Source: Octopus bimaculoides
Taxonomy: Eukaryota
DNA: 64,000 nucleotides
Direction of reading: 5' to 3'
Assembly (NCBI RefSeq): GCF_001194135.2
Contig: NC_068990.1
Coordinates: forward strand, 17,920,138-17,984,137
Shown here: positions 24,122 through 34,935 of the stretch, piece by piece
Numbering within the stretch: the first letter of the stretch is position 1
Layout: every line of letters starts with the position of its first letter
The notes under the pieces: generated by a model
The model's database searches: none
What the model was told of the DNA's origin: nothing
Seen by the model: only the letters and a program-made list of their open reading frames with translations
Made by a program: the position numbers and the translations under genes

Positions 24122-25303
24122 GTCATCCCATAAATAATGTTTTTTTTTCAATTGCATGAACTAAAAGTCAGAGGGGGATGAGATAAACTATCTGCATCAA
24201 CTTGCTATAAAATCAGGTAGTAATTTTACCTTGTCCTTATTCTTAGTGCAAGTTTTGAAGAGTGCAGTTCAATTTTAACAGTTATTTTTTCAAACCTATA
24301 ATGGAAGTGACAAAGGAGCATATTTGGTATGTTTTGCTTTATGAGTTCAATAATGGCAACAAGGCAATGGAAACTGTGAGGAATATTAATGCAGAAATTC
24401 TGAGCTGGAAACCATTGCCTAGAAGACAAGTCTGGAAGATCTGTAGAGCTCTACAAGGATGTCCTGCAAACCCTGGTGGAACAAAATCTCATTGTAACTG
24501 TTGAGGAACTAGCAGAGAAGCTTGGATTTGGTCATTCAACCATTCATCGATACCTGCATGCCATTGGAAAAGTCAGCAAATTGGGTCAGTGTGTTCCTCA
24601 CAAACTTTTCGAGTCTAATCACACTCAGAGAGTGAATGTGTGCTCTTCTTTGCTGTTACATTTCCCGAATGAACCTTTTTTAGATTGAATAGTGACTGGT
24701 GAGAAGAAATACGTTCTCTATAAAAATTTCAAGCACTGAAGACAGTGGGTACGGAAAGGAGAAACACCGGTACCCAGGCTAAAGAAGGTCTTCATCCACG
24801 TAAGGTGTTGTTATCTGTTTGATGAGACATGAAAGGTTTAGTCCACTTTGAACTGTTAAACCCAAACCAAATAATAACAAAGGAGATCTACTACAAGCAG
24901 CTTGAGCGGCTTAAGTCAGTGTTAGAAGAAAAACGACCATCTTTGGTTTCAAGATGAAAGGTGTTTTTCTCAACATACAGCGAGGATGACATTCCAAAGG
25001 CTGGAGCAGTTGGAATGGGAAACGATGCCCCATCTGATTATCATTTATTCCATAGTCTTCAAAATCATTTGAACAGAAAAAATATAAATTCTGTAGACAA
25101 GGTCAGAGCAGTGCTAGAGTAGTGGTTTTCATCACAGACAAGTGAATTTTGGAAGAGGAGCCTTGCAAGTCTACCAGATAGATGGAAGAGCATTGTAGAA
25201 AATGAAGGAGAGTATATTTTAGATTAAAAAAGGACTTTGTTTATCTTAATTTTGAAAAATAAAGGAAGTATGAAAAAACTGTATTATTTATGGGATGATC
25301 CAA
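24118..25303 (+). mobile_element. mariner element, full length, decayed transposase
   Basis: TIR TTGGGTCATCCCATAAATAAT / TATTATTTATGGGATGATCCAA with TA TSDs. MEVTKEHIWYVLLYEFNNG at 24301, VTVEELAEKLGFGHSTIHRYL and KLGQCVPHKL; many stops and frameshifts. Confidence 0.92.
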
Positions 25304-25331
25304 TATATACACTTATATGTGNNNNNNNNNN

Positions 25332-25573
25332 AAATATAAATTCTGTAGACAAGGTCAGAGCAGTGCTAGAGTAGTGGTTTTCATCACAGACAAGTGAATT
25401 TTGGAAGAGGAGCCTTGCAAGTCTACCAGATAGATGGAAGAGCATTGTAGAAAATGAAGGAGAGTATATTTTAGATTAAAAAAGGACTTTGTTTATCTTA
25501 ATTTTGAAAAATAAAGGAAGTATGAAAAAACTGTATTATTTATGGGATGATCCAATATATACACTTATATGTG
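25332..25573 (+). other. Exact 242-bp repeat of 25080-25321 across a 10-N gap (probable scaffolding overlap artefact)
   Basis: Sequence is identical on both sides of NNNNNNNNNN, including the mariner right TIR and its flank. Confidence 0.85.
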
Positions 25574-26725
25574 TGTGCATGCACACGTGTGCATGTTTGT
25601 ATATATGTGTGTGTATGTATGGGGCAATGCCTTTTCCATTTTGTCTGCTGGAGCCACAAGAAATGTTTCTGTTTTGTTAGAGGCAAGATTTTTCAAAATT
25701 AATTCAGATAAAGGGATTTGATCATGTAGATACAATCGAAGTTTGATGAGAAATTTGCATAGTCCATCAACCAGCTAGACATAGCTAGCAAATATCCCTC
25801 TTGTTATTCCCTACCAGACATTGGGCAAACTACTCTTACTAAGTGAGTGAGTACGCTTCTTGGTTTTAATGACCTTAAGGACATATTTTGGCTACAGCTT
25901 GTCCATGTTTCTTGCACTTCCTCATAGCAGCTTATAGTTATAAACTAATTAAAATAACTGTTTAAAATAAGGGAGTCATTTGATCTCTTTGCTTCTCACA
26001 TGCCCCTATACTTCTAATTTCTCTATAAATTTGAATGCTCTTTTTTTAAAATACTAATTATCCAGTATGTTGTTTGATATGTCATCATCAAGGTTTTACC
26101 TCACCTGTTTATACCTGTTTAAAATATTATCTGAAGATTGTGGATTTATGCTATGATGTAATCTATGAATACATCATCAATAAAGTTCTATCAAAAGAGC
26201 TGTAGAAGAATTTTAAATCTCATTTGTGTTCTTTTTTTTATATGTATGTGAATATAGATGTCTAATCTAGGAGTGGTTGGCACTAGGGCAGGTCCTCTGC
26301 ATGTTATCCTTCTCCAGCACTCTCTAAACAACCTGGAGGGTACATACCCTCCTCTGCCATCATTAAGTGGACTATTGGAAACTATGGGAACTAGAGCTAT
26401 CAATGATTAGACTTGGGATGTATACTGGAGTGGTTTTTTGTTGCCTTCTCCAAGCAGGTGGGATTTGAACTCAGAATGTAGAGAGCCAGAAGATATAATG
26501 TAAAGCAGCTCTGCTGATGGAGCAACAATTCTGGCATTCTCCCTTCCACTAGAGTAACACGAAAGGAAGTGTTTTGCTCAAAGGCACAACATAACACCCA
26601 GTCCAGAAATGTTCCAGGCTTAAAAAAAAAAAAGTACTGGGGTCAAATTATTTGACTAAATCCCTCTGAGGCATTTTGCCAGCATGACTGGAATCCAATG
26701 ACTGAGAAAAGTAAAATATAAAGAT

Positions 26726-27550
26726 ATCATCATCATCCTCCTCCTCCTCATCATTTAACATCTGTTGTCCATGCTGGCATGGAGTGGATGGTTCGATCAG
26801 GACTGGTAAGCTGAGAGGCTGCACCAGACTCCAGTCTGATTTGGCATGGTTTCTATGGCTAGATGCCTTCCTAATGCCAACCACTCTGAAAGTGTAATTA
26901 GTGATTTTGTATGCCAGTGGCACAGGAGCCAGTTGCATGACACCAGTATCTGCCATAACAAAATTTCATTTGGTTTGATGGGTCTTCTCAAGCATGGCAT
27001 AATGCCAAATAGTCTGACATTTTTCATTGCCTCTGTGAGGCCCAACGTTCGAAGATCATGCTTCACCACCTCATCCCATGTCTTCCTGGGTCTACCTCTA
27101 CCACATGTTCCTGCCACAGTTAGAGATTGGCACTTCTTTACACAGCTGTGTCTGTCCATATGCATCACATAACCATACCAGCACAGTTGTTCCTCTTGCA
27201 CACCACATCTGATGCCTCTGATGCCCAACATTTCCCTCAAGATGCTTACACTCTGTCATACATCCACACTGACATTGTACATCCAGCGAAGCATATTAGC
27301 TTCATTTCTTTCTAGCTTACACATGTCCTTGGCTATCACAGCCCATGTTTCACTGCCATGTAGCATAGCTGTTCACAACCAAGCATCATATAGTCTACTT
27401 TCCACGCTGAGGGAGAGGCCCATTGTTGCCAGGAGAGGTAGGAGCTCACTGAACTTTGCCCAGCCTATTCTTATTCTTGCAGCTACGCTCTCAGAGCATT
27501 ATTCTGCTAATAACTTGGTTACCAAGATAACAGAAGCTATCTACCTGCTT
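26726..27550 (-). mobile_element. RTE-clade LINE 3' fragment (post-RT C-terminal domain, 3' UTR, (GAT/GAG)n tail)
   Basis: VDSFCYLG...AARIRIGWAKFSELLPLL...AMLHGSETWA...LERNEANMLRWM...LCWYGYVMHM...GTCGRGRPRKTWDEVVKHDL; runs directly into the tail family. Confidence 0.92.
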
Positions 27551-27997
27551 ATTTCTACTACCTTCTCCTTATTTCTTTCCTTTACCCCTTCTCTTTCTAT
27601 AGGCTACCTTTGATGTTGTGTCTTCTAACAGTTTAAAAAAAAAACTTAATAGCGTTCCATTCATCATTATACACAGCCATCACATTCTGTTAACCTATCC
27701 TATTGATGAGTTTGGTTTCTTTCTTTCTTTCCCTGATGAGAAGATTACATTGTTTTACACCATTTTATTCTTTTTGGAATAATACCAATGTTGTCTTCGA
27801 AACATATGTTGGAAGTAAAAGAATTTGAATAACACCTGCGTTTAACTCCATTTATTTATTTATATATATAATACAAAATATTTCACATCAACCCGGAGTT
27901 TCTACCTTTATAAACAGGGCTGCCCTGGTAACTGTTTATTTATTTTTTCCATGTTAATTGTAAACAAGGGAAACATACACACATCCATTTACATATA

Positions 27998-28073
<76 letters not shown>

Positions 28074-28134
28074 CATACATACACATATACATGACAATTA
28101 TAGTTTTCCCTTTTGGTAAAACATTGCAAACTGC

Positions 28135-28693
28135 AATCATCATCATCATCATCATTGTCGTTTAATGTCCGCTTTCCATGCTGGCATGAGTTGGATGGCT
28201 TGACTGAGGACTGGCGAGCCAGATAGCTGCACCAGGCTCCAATCTGATCCGGCAAAGTTTCTACACCTGAATGCCCTTCCTAACGCCAACCACTCTGAGA
28301 GTGTAGTGGGTGCTTTTACGTGCCACCGGCATGAGGGCAGTCAGGCGGTTCTGGCAATGACCATGCTCAAAAGGTGTTTTTTATGTGATACCTGCATGGG
28401 AGCCAGTCCGGAGGCACTAGCAACGACCACGCTTGAATGTTGTTTTTCACATGTCACCAGCACATGTGTTGGTAAGGCGATGCTAGCAATGATCACGTTT
28501 GAATGGTGCTTTTTATGCACCACTGGCAGGGGAGCCAATCAGCGGCCCTGGCAACGATCACGCATCAGCGGTCCTGGCAATGATCACGCATCAGCAGCCC
28601 TGGCAACTATCACGCATCAGCAGCCCTGGCAACTATCACGCATCAGTGACCCTGGCAACGATCATGCATCAGCGGCCCTGGCAATGATCACGC
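28135..28693 (-). mobile_element. RTE 3' UTR/tail with expanded 26-bp minisatellite
   Basis: RTE tail at 28135-28330; about 6 copies of CAGCGGCCCTGGCAACGATCACGCAT at 28540-28693. Confidence 0.85.
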
Positions 28694-28825
28694 TGTCTAT
28701 ATTAATTTTCTGTATACACATTAGCGATTTGTAAAATCATCCATAGATTTCAATGACAAAAACACATTAACTGACAGAGAATTAAGTCTGGAATCTACTG
28801 AAGTCAAGCCAGTTCTTATTAACAA

Positions 28826-28879
<54 letters not shown>

Positions 28880-28883
<4 letters not shown>

Positions 28884-29778
28884 GAGGCACCTAAAAGTAA
28901 CTGGAAATGTTCTCTATGGGACAAACCCATTGTAGTTCAGGTTTTCGCTGCTAGAAGCCACTTGATGTGACCCTCAGGCTGCTGACTTGCATTGTCTAGT
29001 GAAGTCGTAATGCCATGTGGTGTGTCTTTGTTTTGCAGTGCTTCTCTCCTGTTCATTGATTTTTGCAACAGTTGAAAAGAAGGAACAACATGCTTCCTTG
29101 AAATTCTGTTTTCTGCAGAGGAAAACAGCAGCTGAAACAATTGTCATGCTTCAAACAGCTTATAAGGACATTGCCATGAGCAAAACACAAGCTTATGGGT
29201 GGTTTCCATGCTTTAGGAATGGTCACTTGATGCTTGAAGACCAACCTTGTTCATGGTGATCATCAATCTCCCAGATGAATGAAAACATCATGAAAATTCA
29301 TGAAGTGACCTTGGAGGACCATCGCCGAATGACTGACAAACTTGTTGATATGACTGATGTGTCTTGGAGCTCCTGCTAATGAATTTTGAGTGAGGAATTG
29401 CAAATGTATAGAGTTGCAGCAAAATTTGTGCCCCACTTGCTCCTGGAAAATCAAAAGCAATCACGACTGAATGCATGTTTTGAACTGAAAGAACAGTTGG
29501 AAGTTGATCAGGACCTTTTTATGAAGGTCCTCACAGGTGACAAAAGCTGGTGCTATGGAATTTGCAGATGTGGAAAAGATGAAGAAAAAAATGATGGAGG
29601 CATTAAAAGGTATCACTTTGCAAAACTTCCAGCACTGCTTCAAATAGCAAAAAATGTGTCTGGACCAAAGCATTGCTTCAAATGGAGAATACTTTGAAGG
29701 TGATAAAAGCGTAAACATGTAAAACTAAATGAATAAAGTAATATTGCAAAATTCCAGTTTCTTTTTGGTACCTCCTCA
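28880..29778 (+). mobile_element. mariner element (irritans/Hsmar2-like TIR), internally deleted
   Basis: TIRs TGAGGAGGCACCTAAAAGTAACTGGAA / TTCCAGTTTCTTTTTGGTACCTCCTCA with TA TSDs. KFVPHLL and LTGDKSWCYG join directly to the C-terminal FADVEKM...NGEYFEGDK; the rest of the DDD domain is missing. Confidence 0.9.
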
Positions 29779-31153
29779 TATATATGATAGGCTTCTTTCA
29801 GTTTCTATTTAACCAAGTTCACTCACAAGGATTTGGTTGGCCCAAGGCTTATAGTAGAAGACACTTGCTTAAGGTGGGACTGAACTTAGGACCATGTGGT
29901 TGGAAAGCAAACTTTTTACCATACAGCCATGCCTGTGCCTAAAGAAAAAAATGATTTAATACATTTTCAAACTACAAGGAACCTAGATTGTGATACTGGC
30001 TCACCACTGATGTAGCATCTGCTGTTTATTCTTGTTTTCCTATTCTCAAAGGTTTTTTTTTGCCTCTTTGAAAGACACATTTATCTCTTGATACACTGTT
30101 GCTTATCTTTTATCTTTTACTTGTTTCAGTCATTGGACATTGTCTATGCTGGGGTACTGTCTCGAAGGGTTTTAGTCAAACAAATCAACCACAGTACTTA
30201 TTATTTTTTAAGCTCGGCATTTATTCTATCAATTTCTTTTGCTAAACTACTAAGTTACAGAGACATAAATGAATTAACACCAGTCATCAAGCAATGTTGG
30301 GTACAAACAAATACACACACACATATGCATGATGGGCTTCAACAGTTTCCATCTACTAAATTCACTCGCATGGCATTAGTCAGTTTGGGGCAATAATACA
30401 AGATATTTGCTCAAGGTACCACACAAAAGGACTGAATCCAAGATCACATGGCTGTAAATGATAAAATATTGAAGATAATCTCTATAAAGGGCTGTGGTCT
30501 GGAGTTCTTATAATTCAGTGAGTAAACCGATCCACTGATCAAACAATTGGGACAGTCGTTGATGTGTGCTTGCGTGTGAACATGATCCTGGAAATAACAC
30601 TTATAACCAAAGATGACGTGAGCAATAGCTATGTATTGCTTTTGAACTATTCAAATTCAAATTTTGGCACTAGTATACAACACTGACAATAGACTGACTT
30701 TTAGTATGAAATACTTTCATTCGATAAACCCTGTGATACAATGACACTTGCTCAACAGTGTACTTTTTACATCTTACTCCTTACATTATAAAAAGAATTC
30801 ATGACTGAAATGAACAATAAACCTCTAAGTAACCTTTATTAATTAACTATCCTTACAAAAACTGACAGTTATCATCCATTATGTTTAATTCGGTGTTAAA
30901 CATTAAAGCTTTTACACGGTCCAAAAAAGATGAACACCATGCTGGATTTACTTGTTGTTTTAACTCCAAGTCATCCCTAATCCTGTAGGCTTACAGTCAA
31001 ATGTGTTCTTTCATAAATAATGTATGTTTATATTGTGTAACTATATTATACAGTTTTCTCTTTTGAAATTGTTGTCAGAGCCTATAAGATGGGGAAGGTC
31101 AAATGGTACACAGGTTGGGCCCTGAAGGTCATGGGAGTGCCTGCAAATATTTA

Positions 31154-31428
31154 ATAGTTCCCCACCCTGGAGAAAAACTATAAGACTCACAGTGCTTTCC
31201 TTTGCATTGTTTTACAAAGGTTCTAGTAGCTTATGTGGAATAGTAATAATGCAGGTGGGGGAAGGGTCAGCTAATACAAAGATTAGGGCTGTCATAAGAG
31301 CTATGGAGGGGGCCCATGAATAACTAATAATTCCCCTCCTTGAAGGAGAAAATACTAAACTCACAGTGCTTTCCTTTGCATTATTTAACAACAGTTCCAG
31401 TAGCTTATGTGAAGAAATAATAATGCAG
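31154..31428. repeat. Tandem duplication, ~175-bp period
   Basis: ACTCACAGTGCTTTCCTTTGCATT...AGTAGCTTATGTG...TAATAATGCAG occurs twice. Confidence 0.8.
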
Positions 31429-31539
31429 TACACAAGTTTTGTAACTGTGTACTAACAAAGATGTTTGTTTATATTTATATACAAGTAGTTGTGCATTTAG
31501 CTTTATAGTGTCGAAATTTGTGGATGAAATTGTCAGTGA

Positions 31540-31695
31540 GCAGTTTAGCTTAATGGTAATGCACTCGGCTGGGGGGATGTGGGTTCGAGTCCCATGGCTG
31601 TTTGTTGAAAAATTTTTCCACTTTGTAAGGGTAACTTACCCAATATTTCTGCTGTTCTAACAGCATTTCTGCATTCGAAAAAAAAAAAAAAAAAA
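31540..31695 (+). mobile_element. Short tRNA-derived retroposon with poly(A) tail (anticodon arm partly deleted)
   Basis: A box TAGCTTAATGGT, T-arm GTGGG-TTCGAGT-CCCAT, acceptor-like GCAGTT/GGCTGT, A-run at 31678-31695. Confidence 0.6.
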
Positions 31696-31909
31696 TCATC
31701 TAATTGTATCGTACTATATACAGACGTTTATATAAAAAAAAAGTGTTTGTTCATATTTACACACACACACACACGTATATATGAAAATACATACATACGC
31801 ATGTATGTGTATGTGTCTCTTTGTTTTTATGTCTTGTGATTGTTGTAAATGAATATTATTTACATTATTTACATTCAATGGATATTTGTCCTCATCTTGT
31901 TTGTTGTTA

Positions 31910-31953
31910 ACACAATGTTTCGGCTGATATACCCTCCAGCCTTCTTCAGGTGT
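31910..31953 (-). ncRNA. Minimal type I hammerhead ribozyme (PLE type)
   Basis: ACAC-CUGAAGA-A-GGCUG(10 nt)CAGCC-GAAA-CAUU|GUGU; stem III palindrome AACGUU carries a CpG->CpA change. Confidence 0.75.
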
Positions 31954-32026
31954 CTTGGGGAAATTTCGAACCTGGGTTCTCATTCCAAAGGTATTTATTT
32001 TCCCATGTTATTATTATTTTTGTTCA

Positions 32027-32099
32027 GGTCAATGCTTAGAATCGAATTCGGAATCTGGGGGGTTAGTAGCCCGCGCTCTTAACCACTACGCCATATGCC
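32027..32099 (-). promoter_or_regulatory. tRNA-Arg(ACG)-like Pol III (A box/B box) cassette in the PLE 3' region
   Basis: GGCATATGGCGTAGTGGTTAAGAGCGCGGGCTACTAACCCCCAGATTCCGAATTCGATTCTAAGC aligns by eye to tRNA-Arg TGGCGCAATGGATAACGCG..CTACGG..AGATTCC.GGTTCGA; not a functional tRNA fold. Confidence 0.65.
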
Positions 32100-32308
32100 T
32101 GTGGGCAATTATGGAGTGAATTTTAGGGCTTATAAATCTAATATTTTTCTATCCTTCCTTAATACTGGTTCCCATATGCTACTCATATCTGAACTCAGTC
32201 TGCTTAGGAGGTTGTTGTGTCCTAGCATATGTGCTGCTTCTTTTAGTTTTCGTATTTTCCAGTGGTGTTCTCTGTCTATTATTTTAACTTCATCCCAATT
32301 TCCCCAAG

Positions 32309-32352
32309 ACACCTGAAGAAGGCTGGAGGGTATATCAGCCGAAATGTTGTGT
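32309..32352 (+). ncRNA. Minimal type I hammerhead ribozyme (PLE type), inverted arm copy
   Basis: ACAC-CUGAAGA-A-GGCUG(10 nt)CAGCC-GAAA-UGUU|GUGU; stem III palindrome carries a CpG->TpG change. Confidence 0.75.
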
Positions 32353-33026
32353 TAACAACAGACAAGATGAGGACAAATATCCGGTGAATGTAAATAATGT
32401 ACATAATTCCTCATCTCTTAAATATAGAACTGTTGTAAATGAATGTTATTCATTTCCAATATTCTGTGAAAATATGTATGGCCATGGGCAAATATTACTT
32501 TGCTTGTAAATAGGTAAGGATGAATGACAAGAAAAGCATCCAACTATTGAAAACCTGTCTCAATAAACTTCATCTGATCCAAGAAAGCATGGAAAAGTGG
32601 ATGTTGAAAAAATGACAATGACAAGGAACACAGTCATTCATATCAACAGCTGGTTAATGAGACCACAATAGTTAATCTCTATGTGGTTCCATATCGCTCT
32701 TATATTTACAACCTTCCGTCTTAAAAACAGAGGCAACCCAATCTACAAGATGGAATGATGACGACTAGAATAATTCTTGGTCTTTGGCTTGAGATTAAAG
32801 AACAATATCAACAACAGTAGGACAATGGGCAAGTGTTGTGATCCAGTAATTTTTTTATGCTATATGCAGAAGGAGGACATTGACCCAGTGTACAACTGGT
32901 ACTTATTTCATCAACCCCGAAAGGATGAAAGGCAATATCGATCTTCGTGGCATTTGAACTCAGAACATAAAGAGAGTATTCACTTTACTTCCCCTGTTAT
33001 ATAAACTCTTCTTTTATCCCAATTTC

Positions 33027-33432
33027 GGATAAGAGTGGCTGTGTGGTAAGTAGCTTGGTCACCAACCACATGGTTCCGGGTTCAGTCCCACTGCGTGGCA
33101 CCTTCGGCAAGTGTCTTCTACTATAGCCTCGGGCCGGCCAAAGCCTTGTGAGTGGATTTGGTAGACGGAAACTGAAAGAAGCCCGTTGTATATATGCATA
33201 TGTATATATATGTGCATTTGTTTGTGTGTCTGTGCTTGTCCCTGCAACATCGCTTGACAACCGATGCTGGTGTGCTTACGTCACCGTAACTTAGTGGTTC
33301 GGCAAAAGAGACCGATAGAATAAGTACTAGGCTTACAAAGAATAAATCCTGGGGTCGATTTGCTCGACTAAAGGCGGTGCTCCAGCACGGCCGAAGTCAA
33401 ATGACTGAAACAAGTAAGAGAATAAGAGAGTA
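33027..33432 (+). mobile_element. SINE family S1, full length, CpG largely intact
   Basis: Complete head, core, (TA/TG)n and 3' end GGGGTCGATTTGCTCGACTAAAGGCGGTGCTCCAGCACGGCC...AAGTAAGAGAATAAGAGAGTA. An S2 fragment lies just upstream (~32860-32975, minus). Confidence 0.92.
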
Positions 33433-33539
33433 TCCGCATTCTCAACAACTCCTGATCATTGCAAATATTAAACGGAATTCACCTAATCTTTTCGTAAAAC
33501 AATTAAATTGGTGTTTTGTCCCTGACGGCCAGTGGGTTA

Positions 33540-34562
33540 TTTTTGAGCGTATAACTACAGTTTGGGTGAAATTTTTAAGAGATACATTTGAGATGGTGTA
33601 TATTATGATTGTTTCTGAAAAAACTGTAAAAAGTTTGGAGGAGTTTTGGATAATTCTCCTACCCACGGACTTCGTTTCGTCATAACTTTCTTAAAAACGC
33701 TTATATTTTTAGTATTTTTCCAGATACACTTCAAATGGGGTTGATTACGGTTATGTCAGGAAAAGTTGTGAAGAAAATATCTTTGGAGGAGTTTCAGATA
33801 ATTTCCACTCTCTCAACAGAGATGTATTTTAGACGAAGTAGATTACAATTATGTCCGAAAAATTGTGAAAAACAGTTTATTTGGTCAATTTTCTGATAAT
33901 TATCATCCTCTCGACTTTGTTTCCTCATAACTCTTTTACAAATGCACATTTTCCAATGACAATTTCTAGATATACTTTTGGTGAAGTAGATTACGATTAT
34001 ATTAAAAAAAAAAAAAAAAAGGCGATTGAGTTTTGGATGATTTTCCACTCTCCTGACTTAGTTTTCTCATACCTTTTTAAAACATGTTTAGTTTTAAGTG
34101 AAAGTTTTTAGAGATACATTTTAAACGGAGTAGATTACAGTTATGTGAGGTAAAAAACTGTTGAAAAAATATTTTTAGATCATCACCCCACTCAACTAGA
34201 TTTTGTTAAATGCATATTTTTAATGGAAATTTTCTGAGATAAATTTCCGATGCTGTAGAGTACGATTGATTTCTTTAAAAAAGCATTTATCAAAATACTC
34301 AGAATTTAAAAAATCGAAAACGTAAATTCAGAAAATTTTATTTGAAAAAAAAAACAAAATAATAATATGCATTTTACAAAGGCAGTTGGATGGTGTGGTT
34401 AGTGATGGTGAAAAAGTCCTGAAAAGAATTTTTTTTCAGTTTTGCAACTAGCATAATTATAACCTACATTAACTAAAATTTATATATGGAAAATTTAATC
34501 AATGAAAATAAGCATCTTAAAAGAAAGTTATAGGGAAACAAATTAGTGTTGGGGGTCATACA
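33540..34562. repeat. Diverged ~140-bp tandem array (about 6 units) with an inverted terminal unit; same family as 20490-21206
   Basis: AGATACATTT...GTAGATTAC.aTTATG recurs near 33581, 33722, 33821, 33968, 34110 and 34238. Inverted GTTATAGGGAAACAAA..TTGGGGG at ~34527-34562. Confidence 0.7.
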
Positions 34563-34598
34563 CCTGTCCGCTTTTTTTCAGACATCGTATGTCTTGAG

Positions 34599-34935
34599 CA
34601 GGGGTCGCAAACTTCTTAACTTTTGATATCATTGTCCTCCTCAGGGAATCGTTGATAGTTTATCGATTTTTCCATCATGTATATTTCTAAATTAGAATTA
34701 AAAGTAAAGTTTATTAAAATTTTCTTGATTATTGCTTTCTTTCGTTCTTTTGTGGCATTATCCCTTTTTGATAAGAAATGTTCAAAGAAATTTATCGAAA
34801 ATACTAAACGAAACTGATAAAGAACAATAAAAATTCAGTCATATTTTATTGATATAATCGGAATAGTTAATGTTCATCGATTCCCTTAGACAGGCACTCC
34901 TCGGGGGATAATATTGGCTACCTTGTTGACCCCTA
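34599..34935. mobile_element. Possible hAT-type MITE
   Basis: CAGGGGTCGCAAAC ... GTTGACCCCT termini and an inverted subterminal AGGGAATCG motif; no TSD found. Confidence 0.35.

Larger units (their letters stand above)
31861..32430 (-). mobile_element. 5'-truncated Penelope-like insertion with inverted pseudo-LTR arms and 20-bp TSD
   Basis: 105-bp inverted arms at 31861-31965 and 32297-32401. TSD TGTTGTAAATGAAT(A/G)TTATT at 31841-31860 and 32431-32450. GIY-YIG-protein C-terminus WDEVKIIDREHHWKIRKLKEAAHML...IWEPVL* at 32130-32296. Confidence 0.85.

Noticed and set aside
25080-25573. Apparent tandem duplication of a mariner end
   Set aside because: 100% identical 242 bp either side of a 10-N gap is typical of unmerged contig overlap, not biology.
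26258-26410. 50-codon plus-strand ORF in unique, GC-balanced sequence
   Set aside because: No recognisable motif or splice context; length expected by chance.
28540-28693. CRISPR-like array
   Set aside because: Contiguous 26-bp units with no unique spacers, eukaryotic context and no cas genes.
32027-32099. Functional tRNA gene (also 31540-31601 and SINE heads)
   Set aside because: Acceptor, anticodon or T stems are mispaired or deleted; these are tRNA-derived repeat modules.
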